NCBI RefSeq assembly: GCF_004010195.1
Contig: NC_057753.1
Coordinates: 2,726,898 to 2,770,642 of the forward strand
DNA from: Chiloscyllium plagiosum
Taxonomy: Eukaryota
Direction: 5' to 3'
Length of the DNA: 43,745 nucleotides
In this document: one piece after another, positions 1 to 12,354 of the stretch
How the letters are laid out: each line of letters begins with the position of its first letter
How positions within the stretch are numbered: the stretch's first letter is position 1
The notes under the pieces: model-generated
Databases searched by the model: none
What the model was told of the DNA's origin: nothing
The model's input: the letters and a program-made list of their open reading frames with translations, nothing else
Program-made: the position numbers and the translations under genes

Positions 1-119
1 AGCATGGAAACAGACCCTTTAATCTAAACTGTACATGGTGACGGCGTTTCCCAAACTAACCCAGTTCCACTACTCTGCAAAAGACCTTTTTCCTTTTACA
101 GTCATAAAGTCACAGACTT

Positions 120-955
120 GGTAACATACACGTAAATCTTTCTTCCACTCTTTCTCGTTTAACTATGAGTGTACTAAAACAGGGTGACCAAAACGGTAAA
201 CAATACTCCGAGTACAGCATCACCAACGATTTACACAACAGTAGGATAACGTCTCAATTCTTTTACTCAATGTTTCGACAGGTGCAGGTCAGTATGCTAA
301 ATGTTTTCTTCACTGACCTGTGGACTTGTGATGCCACTGTGAAAGAACTATATATTTGAACTAAGGTTCCTCTGTTCCACACAACTCCACAGGACCTTAC
401 CATTTTCTATGCAAGTCGTACCTTGATTTAACTTTCCAAAATGCAACACCTCAAACTTATCCATTTAATTGTAATTGCCAGTCCTCAGCCCACTTGCCCA
501 TCTGATCAAGACTCTGCTGCAATTTTTGATACCCTTTCACGCTATTCGATACCTCCTAATTTATTTTACCCACAAATCACTAATCATGCCTTGTACGTTC
601 ACGTCTTGGTCATTTATGTAATCAACAAATAACAAAGGTCCCTGCACAGACATCTCTGGCACACTATTAGTTGTCGCAGGCTTCCAGTCCGAGAAACAAC
701 CTTCAACCATCCCGGTCTGCTTCACACCTTCGAGCCCAATTTGTATCCAATTGACTATCTCTCTCTGTATCTCATGCAACTCACTTCAGCGTGAGCCTGT
801 CGAATCTTTTCTATTTATTTACCTGTTTAAATGTCTTTCAAATGTTGTAACTGCACCCGAATCTGTCACTTCCCTTGACAGCACTACACAACCACCTTCT
901 GGAAAAGTTGGGCCTTGGTACCATTTAAAGTTTTCACCTCTCACCTTAAATTGAC
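120..955 (-). mobile_element. Old, degenerate CR1-type LINE ORF2 (RT) fragments
   Basis: The minus-strand ORF 561..779 reads 'VNWIQIGL...VEGCFSDWKP...SVPEMSVQGPLLFVDYINDQD', a decayed form of the CR1 RT motif GVPQGSVLGPLLFxIYINDLD. It is an inverted homolog of 21640-22758 and 42645-43660. Confidence 0.8.
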
Positions 956-3368
956 CTCCTATTAGAGCGAGACGACTGGTCGTGGTTTAACCAGAGGGTC
1001 ATCACATCTCAAGAGATGGGCAATTTCGAGAATGTGAGAGCTGTGAAATCTGTGCAGCCAAATCGCTTAGCTTGGTAGAGATCAAACAAACATTCAGCTG
1101 TGGTGATTTGTAATATGCTGCATAGTTAAAATCTCACTTATCCAGCACTCCGCAAAACATACTAGCGTAAAAAAGCCTAAAATCAGAGTAAAATAATAAT
1201 TTAAAAAGCTTCTGTATATTCGATGAAGACTTTCTTAAGTTTCACAGTGGCAATGAAGTGACTGTGAATGAATTCAATTATTGTGAAGAAGTGGATTAGA
1301 ATAGTTTGCTCTTATTTTATGCACACAGGTGCTAGCAACTCTCTAATAACCAAAGCTTGGAATATCACCCCGTTACTTAAGGCCACGATAATGTTGCTTC
1401 CTTTACCAATGAAGATTTGCAACAGCTAATTTAATGATCATTAGTACAACGTTTGATTGTGGAGTTTTCAAAGCAGTCCAAATTCTCACGTTCAAAACTG
1501 ATCTAAAGAATATCCAAAGCGATGTGATGAGAAATCGGAGAGACAGTCAATGACGAAAACATCAGAAGAACACACTGTATATGTGAAGCACAGTAACATA
1601 ACTAGAGAGAGGCACACACACATTTAGACACATGCATAGAACATAGAACATTACAACGCAGTACAGGCGCATCGGCCTTCGACGTGGCACTGCCTTGTGA
1701 AACCAATCCGATGCCCATCTAACCTGCACTATTCCATTCTCGTCCATATGCCTATCCAAACAATCAACACCAATCCACATACAGACAACAAAATGGATAC
1801 AAATAACGACGAGACACCAATAAAGATTTTATGCAATTTGAAAGTAAATGTTGCGAGTAAAAACTATGTTACATCGAGCTTATTTGGTAAACTTAGATTT
1901 ATGAACAAGAAAGCCCAACAACATTACCAAGCTTCCAACAAGCAACACGGGCTCTCCAGATGAATTCTTTTGAATTTCGAAGTCAAGGGGTGATCTCACC
2001 GAAGTTGACAATATATTAACAGGAAAAAGATAGCAAAGGTAAACATTAACTATTTCCATTGTTTGGAGATTCAGGAGCTGTGGAATAAATAATCTAAGAA
2101 TTCTGTCCAATCAGTCAGGAGAGATGCTCAGAAGCACTTCAATGCACAGAGGGCGAGAGATGTTTAAAACTCTTTTCCACAAAAGGTAGTTAATGTTAGA
2201 TCTATCGCTACTTTTGAATCTGAGATTTTTTTGCTGTAAGCAAGAGTTATGGCCTCGGGACAGGCATATGCAGTCATGCCACATTTCACTCATGATCGTA
2301 AAAATGGCGGAATGTTCTCTTGTTCAAATGCTCTTATCTCAGCAACGTCGATCGTTGCAATGTTGGGCCTTGAGTATCTCTTCTCAAACAACCCACATTC
2401 ACCTTTATCTAACAGTTTGTGCCTATATTTAGTGAGAAAAAAAAACTAACATCGCCCCTTGGATCCCTAATCATCGGATGTACAGCTTAGCATTTTACAA
2501 AGCCAAAAGATTTAGGTTAATAAATACGATTCCTGGTGTGGGCCCTCCGTTTGATTTTGCATGATTACATTTTCAGATGTGCTAAACTGACAAATTATTT
2601 TCACTCACTGTAATGCTTTGTTTTGGCAGGGTAGTAGCGACTTTAATGGCAATAAAGCTAAATATGAGAAAGTTTAATCAAAATATGTTACATAGCACTT
2701 TGCTGACAGAAAACAAGCAGTCCTGGTCAATGTAATTTCCCCATCAATTTCTTTAGAAATCTTACTGTGCAACTGTGGCATAAGTGGCACTGGATCCTTT
2801 AGAGGTGGAGGTACAGATCTATCACTATGATTATGTTACTGCAAAACTCAGGAGCAGGCAGGAATTGAACCCGCGCCACAAGAACCCTGATACCTTTTGA
2901 AAGGATTTTTTTTTTCAAATTGACGACAACGACTCCCTCATAATGAAAGGTTGTAGATTTGACAATTAATTAATTGAGACTTTTAGAATACATTGAAGAT
3001 CAATTTAACACAAATCACAGCTGGTCAGGCTTCAATTGGTTAACTGGTCTTTCGGATACATTTCTCGAGGCGGCACATGGTTAAGAAAAGGAGCTGTTGG
3101 AATATAATGTATCCTTTTTTTCCGACATTCATTTTCTGCCATGGGCATTCCTTACAAATGCAAGACTCATTTCCTGCCCCCAGTGGCCCTTAAACTGAAT
3201 TGTATTCCAGACTATTTCAGAGGGCAGTTCGTCGCCAAGCGAATTCAGATGAATTGGGGTCACACGTAGACAGAATCAAGTCAACGTTGCAGACTTCCAT
3301 CTGTAGAGTTCCTCGGTGAATGAACCTGGGACTGGATGAGAGCTTGGATGTCACTATTATTCAAACTC
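120..3368 (-). repeat. Inverted paralogous copy of the GPCR 3' flank (homologous to ~19295-22500 and ~41150-43250)
   Basis: Reverse-complement matches seen directly. ~1035-1076 (tgagagctgtgaaatctgtgcagccaaatcgcttagcttggt) matches ~21523-21564. ~3180-3360 matches 19390-19560 and 41160-41330. ~2040-2230 matches 20400-20600 and 42200-42400. Confidence 0.85.
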
Positions 3369-4210
3369 GACATCCTGGAAACGGGAATTCATGGTGAGAC
3401 AAAAAGGGCTCAATTATGTCAAGTGAGGTCAGAGAGTCCAGAGAGGAATGGAGAATTCGTGCTAGAAGTACTGGATAAAATTTCATATCCACGAATAGAA
3501 TTTGTCCTAGGCTCACCGTTCGAAGTGATGACTACTGTGGCTGAAAAGCTAGAGGAAATCCAAGCAACTGAGCAACTGCAGAACACACTTCCTGGAATTT
3601 TCTATTACAGTTTGGTGATGAGGTCACAAAGCCACCAGCTGAAATAGGAGAGATCGAAAAGTTTAAGATATGGAAGTTGAAGTGCAATTAGCACAGACAA
3701 AGGAGGAGCAAGTAGCTGATATTGCAGACATCCTTAGTTCAGGCAAATTACTTGAGTTACAGCAGAAAGATGAAAATTTGAAGAATTGTATCAAAAGGCA
3801 TGCACAGAGTAGGAAGCCGAATGTATCCTTGAATGTTATTACCTTAACAATGATGTTGAAATGAGGAAATGGAGCCCATCCCATGTTCAAACAGATGAGA
3901 AATGTGTAGACACTCATTAAATCGTATTGCAAGTTGGGTATAGAAAGGAGGTGTTGCGAGTGGCTCACGAGCGACCACTTGGAAGTGAAGAAAACACAAG
4001 CAAAAATACAAGGAAACAGTTGTGCTTCCCTGGACGGCACAAGCATGCAGTTGAATTTTGCTAGATGTGTCACTAATGCCAGGTAATTGGAAAACCACAG
4101 ACACTAACAAATCCTACATCTTTAATACATATTTCTGTGTTTGAGGAACCTTTCATAAGTGTCTGGACTACCTACTTGAAATGTTTTGAGGGGTCTGGTC
4201 TGGACCATAA
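3369..4210 (+). mobile_element. Decayed Gypsy LTR-retrotransposon pol fragment (integrase Zn-binding region) plus the end of the 3' LTR
   Basis: Read across stops and frameshifts at ~3915-4160, it gives 'IVLQVGYRKEVLRVAHE...KTQAKIQ...HKHAVEFC*MCH*CQVIGKPQ...VFEEPF', the HHCC integrase N-terminus. It is an inverted near-identical copy of 9334-10177. Confidence 0.75.
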
Positions 4211-4705
4211 CAAATTATAACTTCAATCTTTCCTCCCAGTTTGGATTGGTGGGTACAAGAAGTAGTGATCATTGGATCTATTGACAAGGGAGAGTAGTTA
4301 GTGCACGTTTGTATTTCCCTAATCTGGATTCATGTATGTTCTGGAACTAGTTTACTTTGTACAGAGTTGCGCATAGTTTATTGCTGCTGTGGCAGGTACT
4401 GGGGTATTATCCTTGCACAGAATTTATATGCGTCACCTTGTTGATGTCGCCAGAGTCTTCAGTCTCATGTAGAACGTCACCGAACATTCTGACAGTTTTC
4501 TGAGTAGGCGGCAATATCTTTCAATGCCTGATTAAACTGGTTAAGTTAGTGTGTGCTGCTTTTGTTGATATTTAACTCTGATATGGCTCCTCTGGTACAA
4601 ACTTGAGTGTAGGATGCAGTGAAATTTTATAGCTCCTCCTGCACGTCCCACTTCCCCTGTTCAGATTCGATCGCACGTTCCCACGTCTCAGGACTTGTCT
4701 GCCCT

Positions 4706-4902
4706 TAGAACATAGAACATAGAACATAGAACATAGAACATAGAACATAGAACATAGAACATAGAACATAGAACATAGAACATAGAACATAGAACATAGA
4801 ACATAGAACATAGAACATAGAACATAGAACATAGAACATAGAACATAGAACATAGAACATAGAACATAGAACATAGAACATAGAACATAGAACATAGAAC
4901 AT
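4706..4902 (-). repeat. (CATAGAA)n / (TTCTATG)n heptamer microsatellite, ~28 perfect units, CR1 3' tail type
   Basis: Seen directly in the sequence. It abuts the 3' side of the minus-strand CR1. Confidence 0.95.
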
Positions 4903-7077
4903 CTCTCCAAAGCATCCACATCTTTCCTATAATAGGGCAACCAGAACTGGATGCAGTATTCCAAGTGCGGTCTAACCAAAGTTTTATAGAGCTGCAACCA
5001 GATCTCACGACTCTTAAACTCAATCCCCTTGTTCATGAAAGCCAAAACACCATATGCTTTCTTAACAATCTTGTCCGTTTGGATGGCCATTTTAAGGGAT
5101 CTATGTACCTGCACACCAAGATCCCTCTGTTCCTCCACACTGCCATGAATCCTATCCTTAATCCTGTACTCAGCTTTCAAATTCGACCTTCCAAAATGCA
5201 TCACTTTGCAATTATCCAGGTTGAAATCCATCTGCCACCTCTCAGCCCATCTCTGCATCCTATCAATGTCCCGCTGCAGCCATCAAAAGCCCTCTATACT
5301 GTCAACGACACCTCCAACCTTTGTGTCGTCTGAAAACTTGCTGACCAGTCCTTGAATCCCCTTATCCAAGTCATTAGTAAAAATTACAAACAGCAGAGGC
5401 CCAAGGACAGAGCCCTGTTGAACACCATTCACCACAGACTTCCAGGCAGAATATTTTCCTTCTACTACGACTCACTGTCTTCTGTTGGCCAGTCAATTCT
5501 GTATCCAGACAGCTGAGTTCCCCTCTATCCCATTCCTCTCTACCAAAGGGGAACCTTATCAAATACCTTACTGAAATCCATATACACCAAATCCACAGCT
5601 CGACTCTCATCAACGTTTCTAGTCACATCCTCAAAGAACTCGATAACGTTTGTGAGGCATGACCTGCCACTCACAAAGCCGTGTTGACTGCATTTAATCA
5701 AGCTATGCTCTTCCAGATGGTCATAAATCCTATCCATCAGAATCCTTTCGAACATCTTGCAGACGACTGACGTGATACTTACTGGTCTGTAAATGCCAGG
5801 GATTTCCCTATTTCCTTTCTTGAAGAGAGGAATTCTATTTGCCTCTCTCCAGTCCTCAGGTACCACTCCAGTGGAAAGCGAAGATGCAAAGATCTTCGCA
5901 AGTGGCGAAGCAATAGCATTTCTCGTTTCCCAAAGCAGCTGAGGATAAATCTGGTCTGGGCCTGGCGAGTTGTCAATCTTTATGTTTGACAAAATTTTCA
6001 GCACATCAGCTTCCTCTATCTTTATCCATTCCAGCATGCACACCTGCTCTTCAAAGGTTTCATTCACTTCAAAGTTCGTTTCTTTCGTAAAGACAGAAGC
6101 AAAAAACTCATTTAGGGCTTTCCCGACCTCCTCCGACTCCATACACAAGTTCCCTATGCTATCCCTGATCGGCCCTATTCCAACTTTGACTATTCTCTTA
6201 TTCCTCACGTAAGTGAAAAATGCCTTTGTGTTCTCCCTAATCCGTTCTGCGACGCCTTTCTCGTGCCCCCTTCTGGCTCCCCTCAGACCATTTTTGAGCG
6301 CCTTTCACGCCTGCCTGTAATCCTCTAGATCTGCGCTTGACCCTAGCCTCCTCCACCTTATGTAAGCTATATTCTTCCTTTTGACAAGAAGCTCCACCAC
6401 TCTTGTCATCCAAGGATCCTTTATCTTATCCCTTCTTGCCTGTCTCAGAGGGACATATTTATTCATCACTCGCAACAACTGTTACTTAAACAGTCTCCTC
6501 ATGTCTATAGTGCCTTTACCATGGAACAATTGCTCCCAGTTCATGCTTCCTAACTCATGTCGAATCGCATCATAGTTTCATCTTCCACAATTAAATATCC
6601 TCCCATTTTGCCTAATCCTCTCCTTTTCCGTAGCTATGTAGAATGTGAGGCAGATGTCGTCTTTATCACCAAAATGCTCTCCCACCACAAGATCTGATAC
6701 CTGCCCCGTCACGTTTCCGAGCACCAAGTCTAGAATGGCCTCTCCCCTCGACGGCCTGTCAACGTGCTGAGTTAGGAACCCCTCCTGAACACACCTTACA
6801 AAAACAGCTCCATTCAAATCTTCTGCTCGAAGGAGGTTCCAATCAATATTGGGAAAGCAAAAGTCACCCATCACAACAACCCTCGACGTCCACACTTTTC
6901 CAAAATCTGCCGACCTATGCTTTCTTCCATCTCCCTGCTGCTATTGGGGGACCTGTAGTAAACCCCTAATGAGGTGACTGCTCCCTTGCTGTTACTAATT
7001 TCCACCCATACTGACTCGGTAGGCAGATCTTCCTCGACAATGGAAGCTTCTGTAGCTGTGATACCCTCTCTGATTAG
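4903..7077 (-). mobile_element. Relatively young CR1 LINE ORF2 (APE endonuclease end + reverse transcriptase), frameshifted, cut by the gap
   Basis: ORF 6578..6895 has 'VVMGDFCFPNIDW...ILDLVLGN...EHFGDKD' (endonuclease). ORF 5540..6208 has 'SPGPDQIYP...VPEDWREAN...YRPVSITSVVCK...SQHGFVSGRSCLTN...YMDFSKVFDKVP'. ORF 4572..5258 has 'WQMDFN...EQRDLGV...LYKTLVRPHLEYC'. Confidence 0.95.
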
Positions 7078-7577
7078 NNNNNNNNNNNNNNNNNNNNNNN
7101 NNNNNNNNNNNNNNNNNNNNNNNNNNNNNNNNNNNNNNNNNNNNNNNNNNNNNNNNNNNNNNNNNNNNNNNNNNNNNNNNNNNNNNNNNNNNNNNNNNNN
7201 NNNNNNNNNNNNNNNNNNNNNNNNNNNNNNNNNNNNNNNNNNNNNNNNNNNNNNNNNNNNNNNNNNNNNNNNNNNNNNNNNNNNNNNNNNNNNNNNNNNN
7301 NNNNNNNNNNNNNNNNNNNNNNNNNNNNNNNNNNNNNNNNNNNNNNNNNNNNNNNNNNNNNNNNNNNNNNNNNNNNNNNNNNNNNNNNNNNNNNNNNNNN
7401 NNNNNNNNNNNNNNNNNNNNNNNNNNNNNNNNNNNNNNNNNNNNNNNNNNNNNNNNNNNNNNNNNNNNNNNNNNNNNNNNNNNNNNNNNNNNNNNNNNNN
7501 NNNNNNNNNNNNNNNNNNNNNNNNNNNNNNNNNNNNNNNNNNNNNNNNNNNNNNNNNNNNNNNNNNNNNNNNNNNNN
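7078..7577. other. Assembly gap (500 N)
   Basis: Run of exactly 500 N, a fixed size typical of a scaffolding join. Confidence 0.99.
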
Positions 7578-8799
7578 GCTGAAATGGATAAAGATAGAGG
7601 AAGCTGATGTGTTGAAAATTTTGTCAAACATAAAGATTGACAACTCGCCAGACCCGGACCAGATTTCTCCTCGGCTGCTTTGGGAAGCGAGAAATGCTAT
7701 TGCTTCGCCACTTGCGAAGATCTTTGCATCTTCGCTCTCCACTGGAGTGGTACCTGAGGACTGGAGAGAGGCAAATGTAATTCCTCTCTTCAAGAAAGGA
7801 AATAGGGAAATCCCTGGCAATTACAGACCAGTAAGTATCACGTCAGTCGTCTGCAAGATGTTAGAAAGGATTCTGAGGGATAGGATTTATGACCATCTGG
7901 AAGAGCATAGCTTGATTAAATGCAGTCAACACGGCTTTGTGAGTGGCAGGTCATGCCTCACAAACGTTATCGAGTTCTTTGAGGATTTGACGAGAAACGT
8001 TGATGAGGGTCGAGTTCTGGATTTGGTGTATATGGATTTCAGTGAGGTATTTGATAAGGTTCCCCTTTGGTAGGCTCATTCAGAAGGTAAAGAGGAATGG
8101 GATAGAGAGGAACTCAGCTGTCTGGATACAGAATTGACTGGCCAACAGAAGACAGCGAGTGGTAGTAGAAGGAAAATATTCTGCCTGGAAGTCTGTGGTG
8201 AGTGGTGTTCAACAGGGCTCTGTGCTTGGGCCTCTGCTCTTTGTAATTTTTATTAAAGACTTGGATAAGGGGATTCAAGGACTGGTCAGCAAGTTTTCAG
8301 ACGACACAAAGGTTGGAGGTGTCGTTGACAGTATAGAGGGCTTTTGTAGGCTGCAGCGGGACATTGCCAGGATGCAGAGATGGGCTGAGAGGGGCAGATG
8401 GATTTCAACCTGGATAATTGCGAAGTGATGCATTTTGGAAGGTCGAATTTGAAAGCTGAGTACAGGATTAAGGATAGGATTCTTGGCAGTGTGGAGGAAC
8501 AGAGGGATCTTGGTGTGCAGGTACATAGATCCATTAAAATGGCCACCCAACTGGACAAGATTGTTAAGAAAGCATATGGTGTTTTGGCTTTCATGAACAA
8601 GGGGATTGAGTTTAAGAGTCATGAGATCTTGTTGCAGCTCAATAAAACTTTGGTTAGACCGCACTTAGAATATTGCGTCCAGTTCTGGTCGCCCTATTAT
8701 AGGAAAGATGTGGATGCATTGGAGAGGGTTCAGAGGAGGTTTACCAGGACTCTGTCTGGACTGGAGGGCTTATCTTATGAAGAGAGATTGACTGAGCTC
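7578..8799 (+). mobile_element. CR1 LINE ORF2 RT region, inverted near-identical copy of ~4903-6035
   Basis: ORFs 7609..8073, 8159..8428 ('GVQQGSVLGPLLFVIFIKDLD...KFSDDTK') and 8398.. ('LVRPHLEYCVQFWSP...LERVQRRFTR'). Confidence 0.95.
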
Positions 8800-9249
8800 N
8801 NNNNNNNNNNNNNNNNNNNNNNNNNNNNNNNNNNNNNNNNNNNNNNNNNNNNNNNNNNNNNNNNNNNNNNNNNNNNNNNNNNNNNNNNNNNNNNNNNNNN
8901 NNNNNNNNNNNNNNNNNNNNNNNNNNNNNNNNNNNNNNNNNNNNNNNNNNNNNNNNNNNNNNNNNNNNNNNNNNNNNNNNNNNNNNNNNNNNNNNNNNNN
9001 NNNNNNNNNNNNNNNNNNNNNNNNNNNNNNNNNNNNNNNNNNNNNNNNNNNNNNNNNNNNNNNNNNNNNNNNNNNNNNNNNNNNNNNNNNNNNNNNNNNN
9101 NNNNNNNNNNNNNNNNNNNNNNNNNNNNNNNNNNNNNNNNNNNNNNNNNNNNNNNNNNNNNNNNNNNNNNNNNNNNNNNNNNNNNNNNNNNNNNNNNNNN
9201 NNNNNNNNNNNNNNNNNNNNNNNNNNNNNNNNNNNNNNNNNNNNNNNNN
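8800..9249. other. Assembly gap (450 N)
   Basis: Run of N. Confidence 0.99.
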
Positions 9250-9333
9250 TACTCTCCCTTGTCAATGGATCCAATGATCACTACTTCTTGAACCCACCAA
9301 TCCAAACTGGGAGGAAAGATTGAAGTTATAATT

Positions 9334-11930
9334 TGTTATGGTCCAGACCAGACCCCTCAAAACATTTCAAGTAGGTAGTCCAGACACTTATGAAAGGTTC
9401 CTCAAACACAGAAATATGTATTAAAGATGTAGGATTTGTTAGTGTCTGTGGTTTTCCACTTACCTGGCATTAGTGACACATCTAGCAAAATTCAACTGCA
9501 TACTTGTGCCGTCCAGGGAAGCACAAATGTTTCCTTGTATTTTTGCTTGTGTTTTCTTCACTTCGAAGTGGTCGCTCGTGAGCCACTCGCAACACCACCT
9601 TTCTATACACAACTTGCAATACGATTTAATGAGTGTCTAAACATTTCTCATCTGTTTGAACATGGGATGGACTCCACTTCCTCATTTCAACATCATTGTT
9701 AAGGTAATAACATTCAAGGATATATTCGGCTTCCTACTCTGTGCATGCCTTTTGATACAATTCTTCAAATTTTCATCTTTCTGCTGTAACTCAAGTAATT
9801 TGTCTGAACTAAGGATGTCTGCATTGTCATCTACTTGCTCCTCCTTTGTCTGTGCTAATTGCACTTCAACTTCTATATCTTTAACTTTTTGATCTCTCCT
9901 ATTTCAGCTGGTGGCTTTGTGACCTCATCACCAAACTGTCATAGAAAATTCCATGAAGTGTGTCCTGCAGTTCCTCAGTTGCTTAGATTTCCTCTAGCTT
10001 TTCAGCTACAATAATCATCACTTCGAACGGTGAGCCAAGGAGAAATTCTATTCGTGGAGATGAGATTTTATCCAGTACTTCTAGCACGAATTCTCCATTC
10101 CTCTATGGACTCTCTGACCTCACTTGACATAATTGAGCCCTTTTTGTCTCACCATGAATTCCCGTTTCCAGGATGTCTTCTGGTAATAGTCCTTCAGAAG
10201 TGCACACCTCCTACTCATACAAAATCGCAGACTGAGAGGATCCTGTGTCACTTAATATTGCAACCTATTTTTGTGCTGCTCATCTTCTGTACAAATAAAC
10301 GTTACCTTTGCGTGTATAGTTTTAAGAAGTTCTCTAACCTCCTCCTTAACTAGCCTCCGATCACTTGGTACATTCTGGGGCAGCTTTCTAGCCTCCACTG
10401 TGCTTTCTGTTACCCTCAAACAACGTTCGGTGGCTTATACTGTTTTCCTACATCCTTGCATTGCAGTGCTACGCCTAACCCATTAACACAGTGATTTCAT
10501 GCGGTCTAATATATTGCAAGGAAAATGCCAGAGCTTTCTAACGTCTTTGTCCCCTTCAAGGGTTTCTTTTTTATCCAATGGTAAGTTATCCCTATAATTT
10601 TCACCGAGATCGAACTTTCCCTTTCCACGTTAGCTTTTCTCAATTTCCCAATTTGTATTCCTCATGGAGTGAAGTCGATTCTGGAAGCCAAACTTTGGTT
10701 TCTGGACCAACTGATAATCATCAGCCATTTCAGCCACTAATCTTGCCGTTTTAACTCTCCCCACTTCCAATGGGTTTTCCCTACTCAGAACGCAATTCAT
10801 TGAACTCCTGTCTAAGTGTCAATTTCTGGAGTTCAATCTCTCTCTTTTCTTCTCTTTCCTCTGCTTTTAATCGCAAATCATTGTCTTTTCCTTCTAACGC
10901 AATCTGCTTCATTTGAAATTGAATTTTATCTATCTGGAAAAGTTCTGATGGTGCTTCCAACGAATTTAAATGCTGAGCCTTTGCTGTGATTGTCTCTTCT
11001 TTCCACAGGGAAGGAGGCAGTCCCAGATTCAGCTTGTCTGCTAATGCCCGCTGCTTGGCCTTAACCACCTTTCTTAAGCACCCCAAGATCACTCCTTCTA
11101 GCCCAGAAAACTCTTGGTAACTGAAGGAGCCATTGCTATCCCGAGCACTCTTGAAACCAAATAAATAAACATCGAGAATAAAAGACACTAACATCTATCA
11201 CTCGCTGATTCGATTCCAACAACTTCACCCTCAACTTGGACTTGCAATGTAAATCCCGCAAAGCACCTCCAGTCTGTTTTGGGACAGGCCATAGAGCTCA
11301 ACATATTTCAAGTCAGGAGCCCGGACCCAAACTTTGCGATTCGATTTTAATCCGGTGTACAGTGGATATTCCAGGAGAGAATTAGCTGGTCAGACTTTCT
11401 AAAATAAAACAGAATTCATTTGCAAGATTCCCAAATGAAACACAAAATAACCGAATAATTTAAACTATCCGAAAACCCAACAGACTACAGCAAGAAAATT
11501 ATACTGTTCCAAACTAATTGCAACAATACCCATAGACACCGCTTGACACAGAAGTTACATTCAAACAAAGGGTTAAGGTTTCAGGTGATAGAGAAAGATA
11601 GAGAGAGAAAGAGAGTGAGGAGAGAGAGATTCCACGCTGGACTTGCTTCAAACAACCTTCCTTCTCTACACACACACACACACACATTGCATTCGACTCG
11701 ACTAAAGAATAGCCAAGTTGCGCTGAGAGAACTGTCCACTCCCCTTTCATGAAAGAAGTGTGTGTTTTTCGTAACTTGAAACCCCTCTGGCTGAGGCAGT
11801 ATCTGTTTCATTGTAAACAAACTGCGCCAATAATCCTTCACCTCAGGCGATTGTAAACCTGTGTCATTTACAACCTCTCCGAACAAAAACAAGGACAGCC
11901 TAACCTTATTAAATGACCGAATTCGCCAGA
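9334..11930 (-). mobile_element. Internally deleted, decayed Gypsy LTR retrotransposon (possibly Gmr1-like): 5' LTR ~11275-11930, gag remnant ~10450-11200, integrase N-terminus ~9390-9650, 3' LTR stub ~9334-9385
   Basis: The minus strand at 10681-10740 reads LVAEMADDYQLVQKPKFGFQ (gag-like), and ORF 10781..11194 is a coiled-coil-like gag remnant. Related LTR termini TGTTATGGTCCAGACC (9334) and TGTTTTGGGACAGGCC (11275) are present. A degenerate PBS-like TGGAGGTGCTTTGCGGGAT sits just inside the 5' LTR on the minus strand. The LTR contains (GA)n and (CA)n tracts. Confidence 0.7.
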
Positions 11931-12034
11931 AAGTGAACACGTTTCGCCAGTCTTCAAAACTAACTGGAAACAATTTCTGATTTGATGCAAAGTTCTTTAT
12001 ACATTCATAAATTGTCACATGAAATACAATTTTA

Positions 12035-12354
12035 GATTAGATTAGATTATATTATAATAGATTACTTACAGTGTGGAAACAGGCCCTTCGGCCCAACCAG
12101 TCCACACCGCCCTGCCGAAGCGCAACCCACCCATACTCCTACATCTACCCCTTACCTAATACTACGGGCAATTTAGCATGGCCAATTCACCTGACCTGCA
12201 CAGCTTTGGACTGTGGGAGGAAACCGGAGGAAACCCACGCAGACACGGGGAGAATGTGCAAACTCCACACAGTCAGTCGCCGGAGGCGGGAATTAAACCT
12301 GGGTCTCTGGCGCTGTGAGGCAGCAGTGCTAACCACTGTGCCACCGTGCCGCCC
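12035..12354 (-). mobile_element. Near full-length tRNA-derived SINE (HE1/V-SINE type) with (TCTAA)n tail and ATTTTA target-site duplication
   Basis: The minus strand starts GGGCGGCACGGTGGCACAGTGGTTAGCACTG (A box), followed by GGTTTAATTCC (B box) and the central TTTGCACATTCTCCCCGTGTCTGCGTGGGTTTCC domain. ATTTTA is at 12029-12034 and 12355-12360. The element is absent from the paralogous sites near 24480 and 34365. Confidence 0.9.

Noticed and set aside
4706..4902. CRISPR array or telomeric repeat
   Set aside because: There are no spacers, the context is eukaryotic, and the unit is not TTAGGG. It matches a CR1 tail type.
4572..5023. ORFs with (MFYVLCS)n peptide repeats
   Set aside because: Translation artefact of the 7-bp microsatellite, which has no stop on the minus strand.
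4903..8799. Active autonomous LINE or domesticated reverse transcriptase
   Set aside because: Both copies have several frameshifts and stops, and the catalytic-region motif reads FSDD rather than the usual FADD.
6974..9305. Long ORFs crossing N runs (also 22603-23482 and 27007-27364)
   Set aside because: They are open only because N codons are not stops.
12280..12354. tRNA gene (A and B boxes); likewise near 20810
   Set aside because: These are SINE heads continuing into a SINE body and tail, with no complete cloverleaf.
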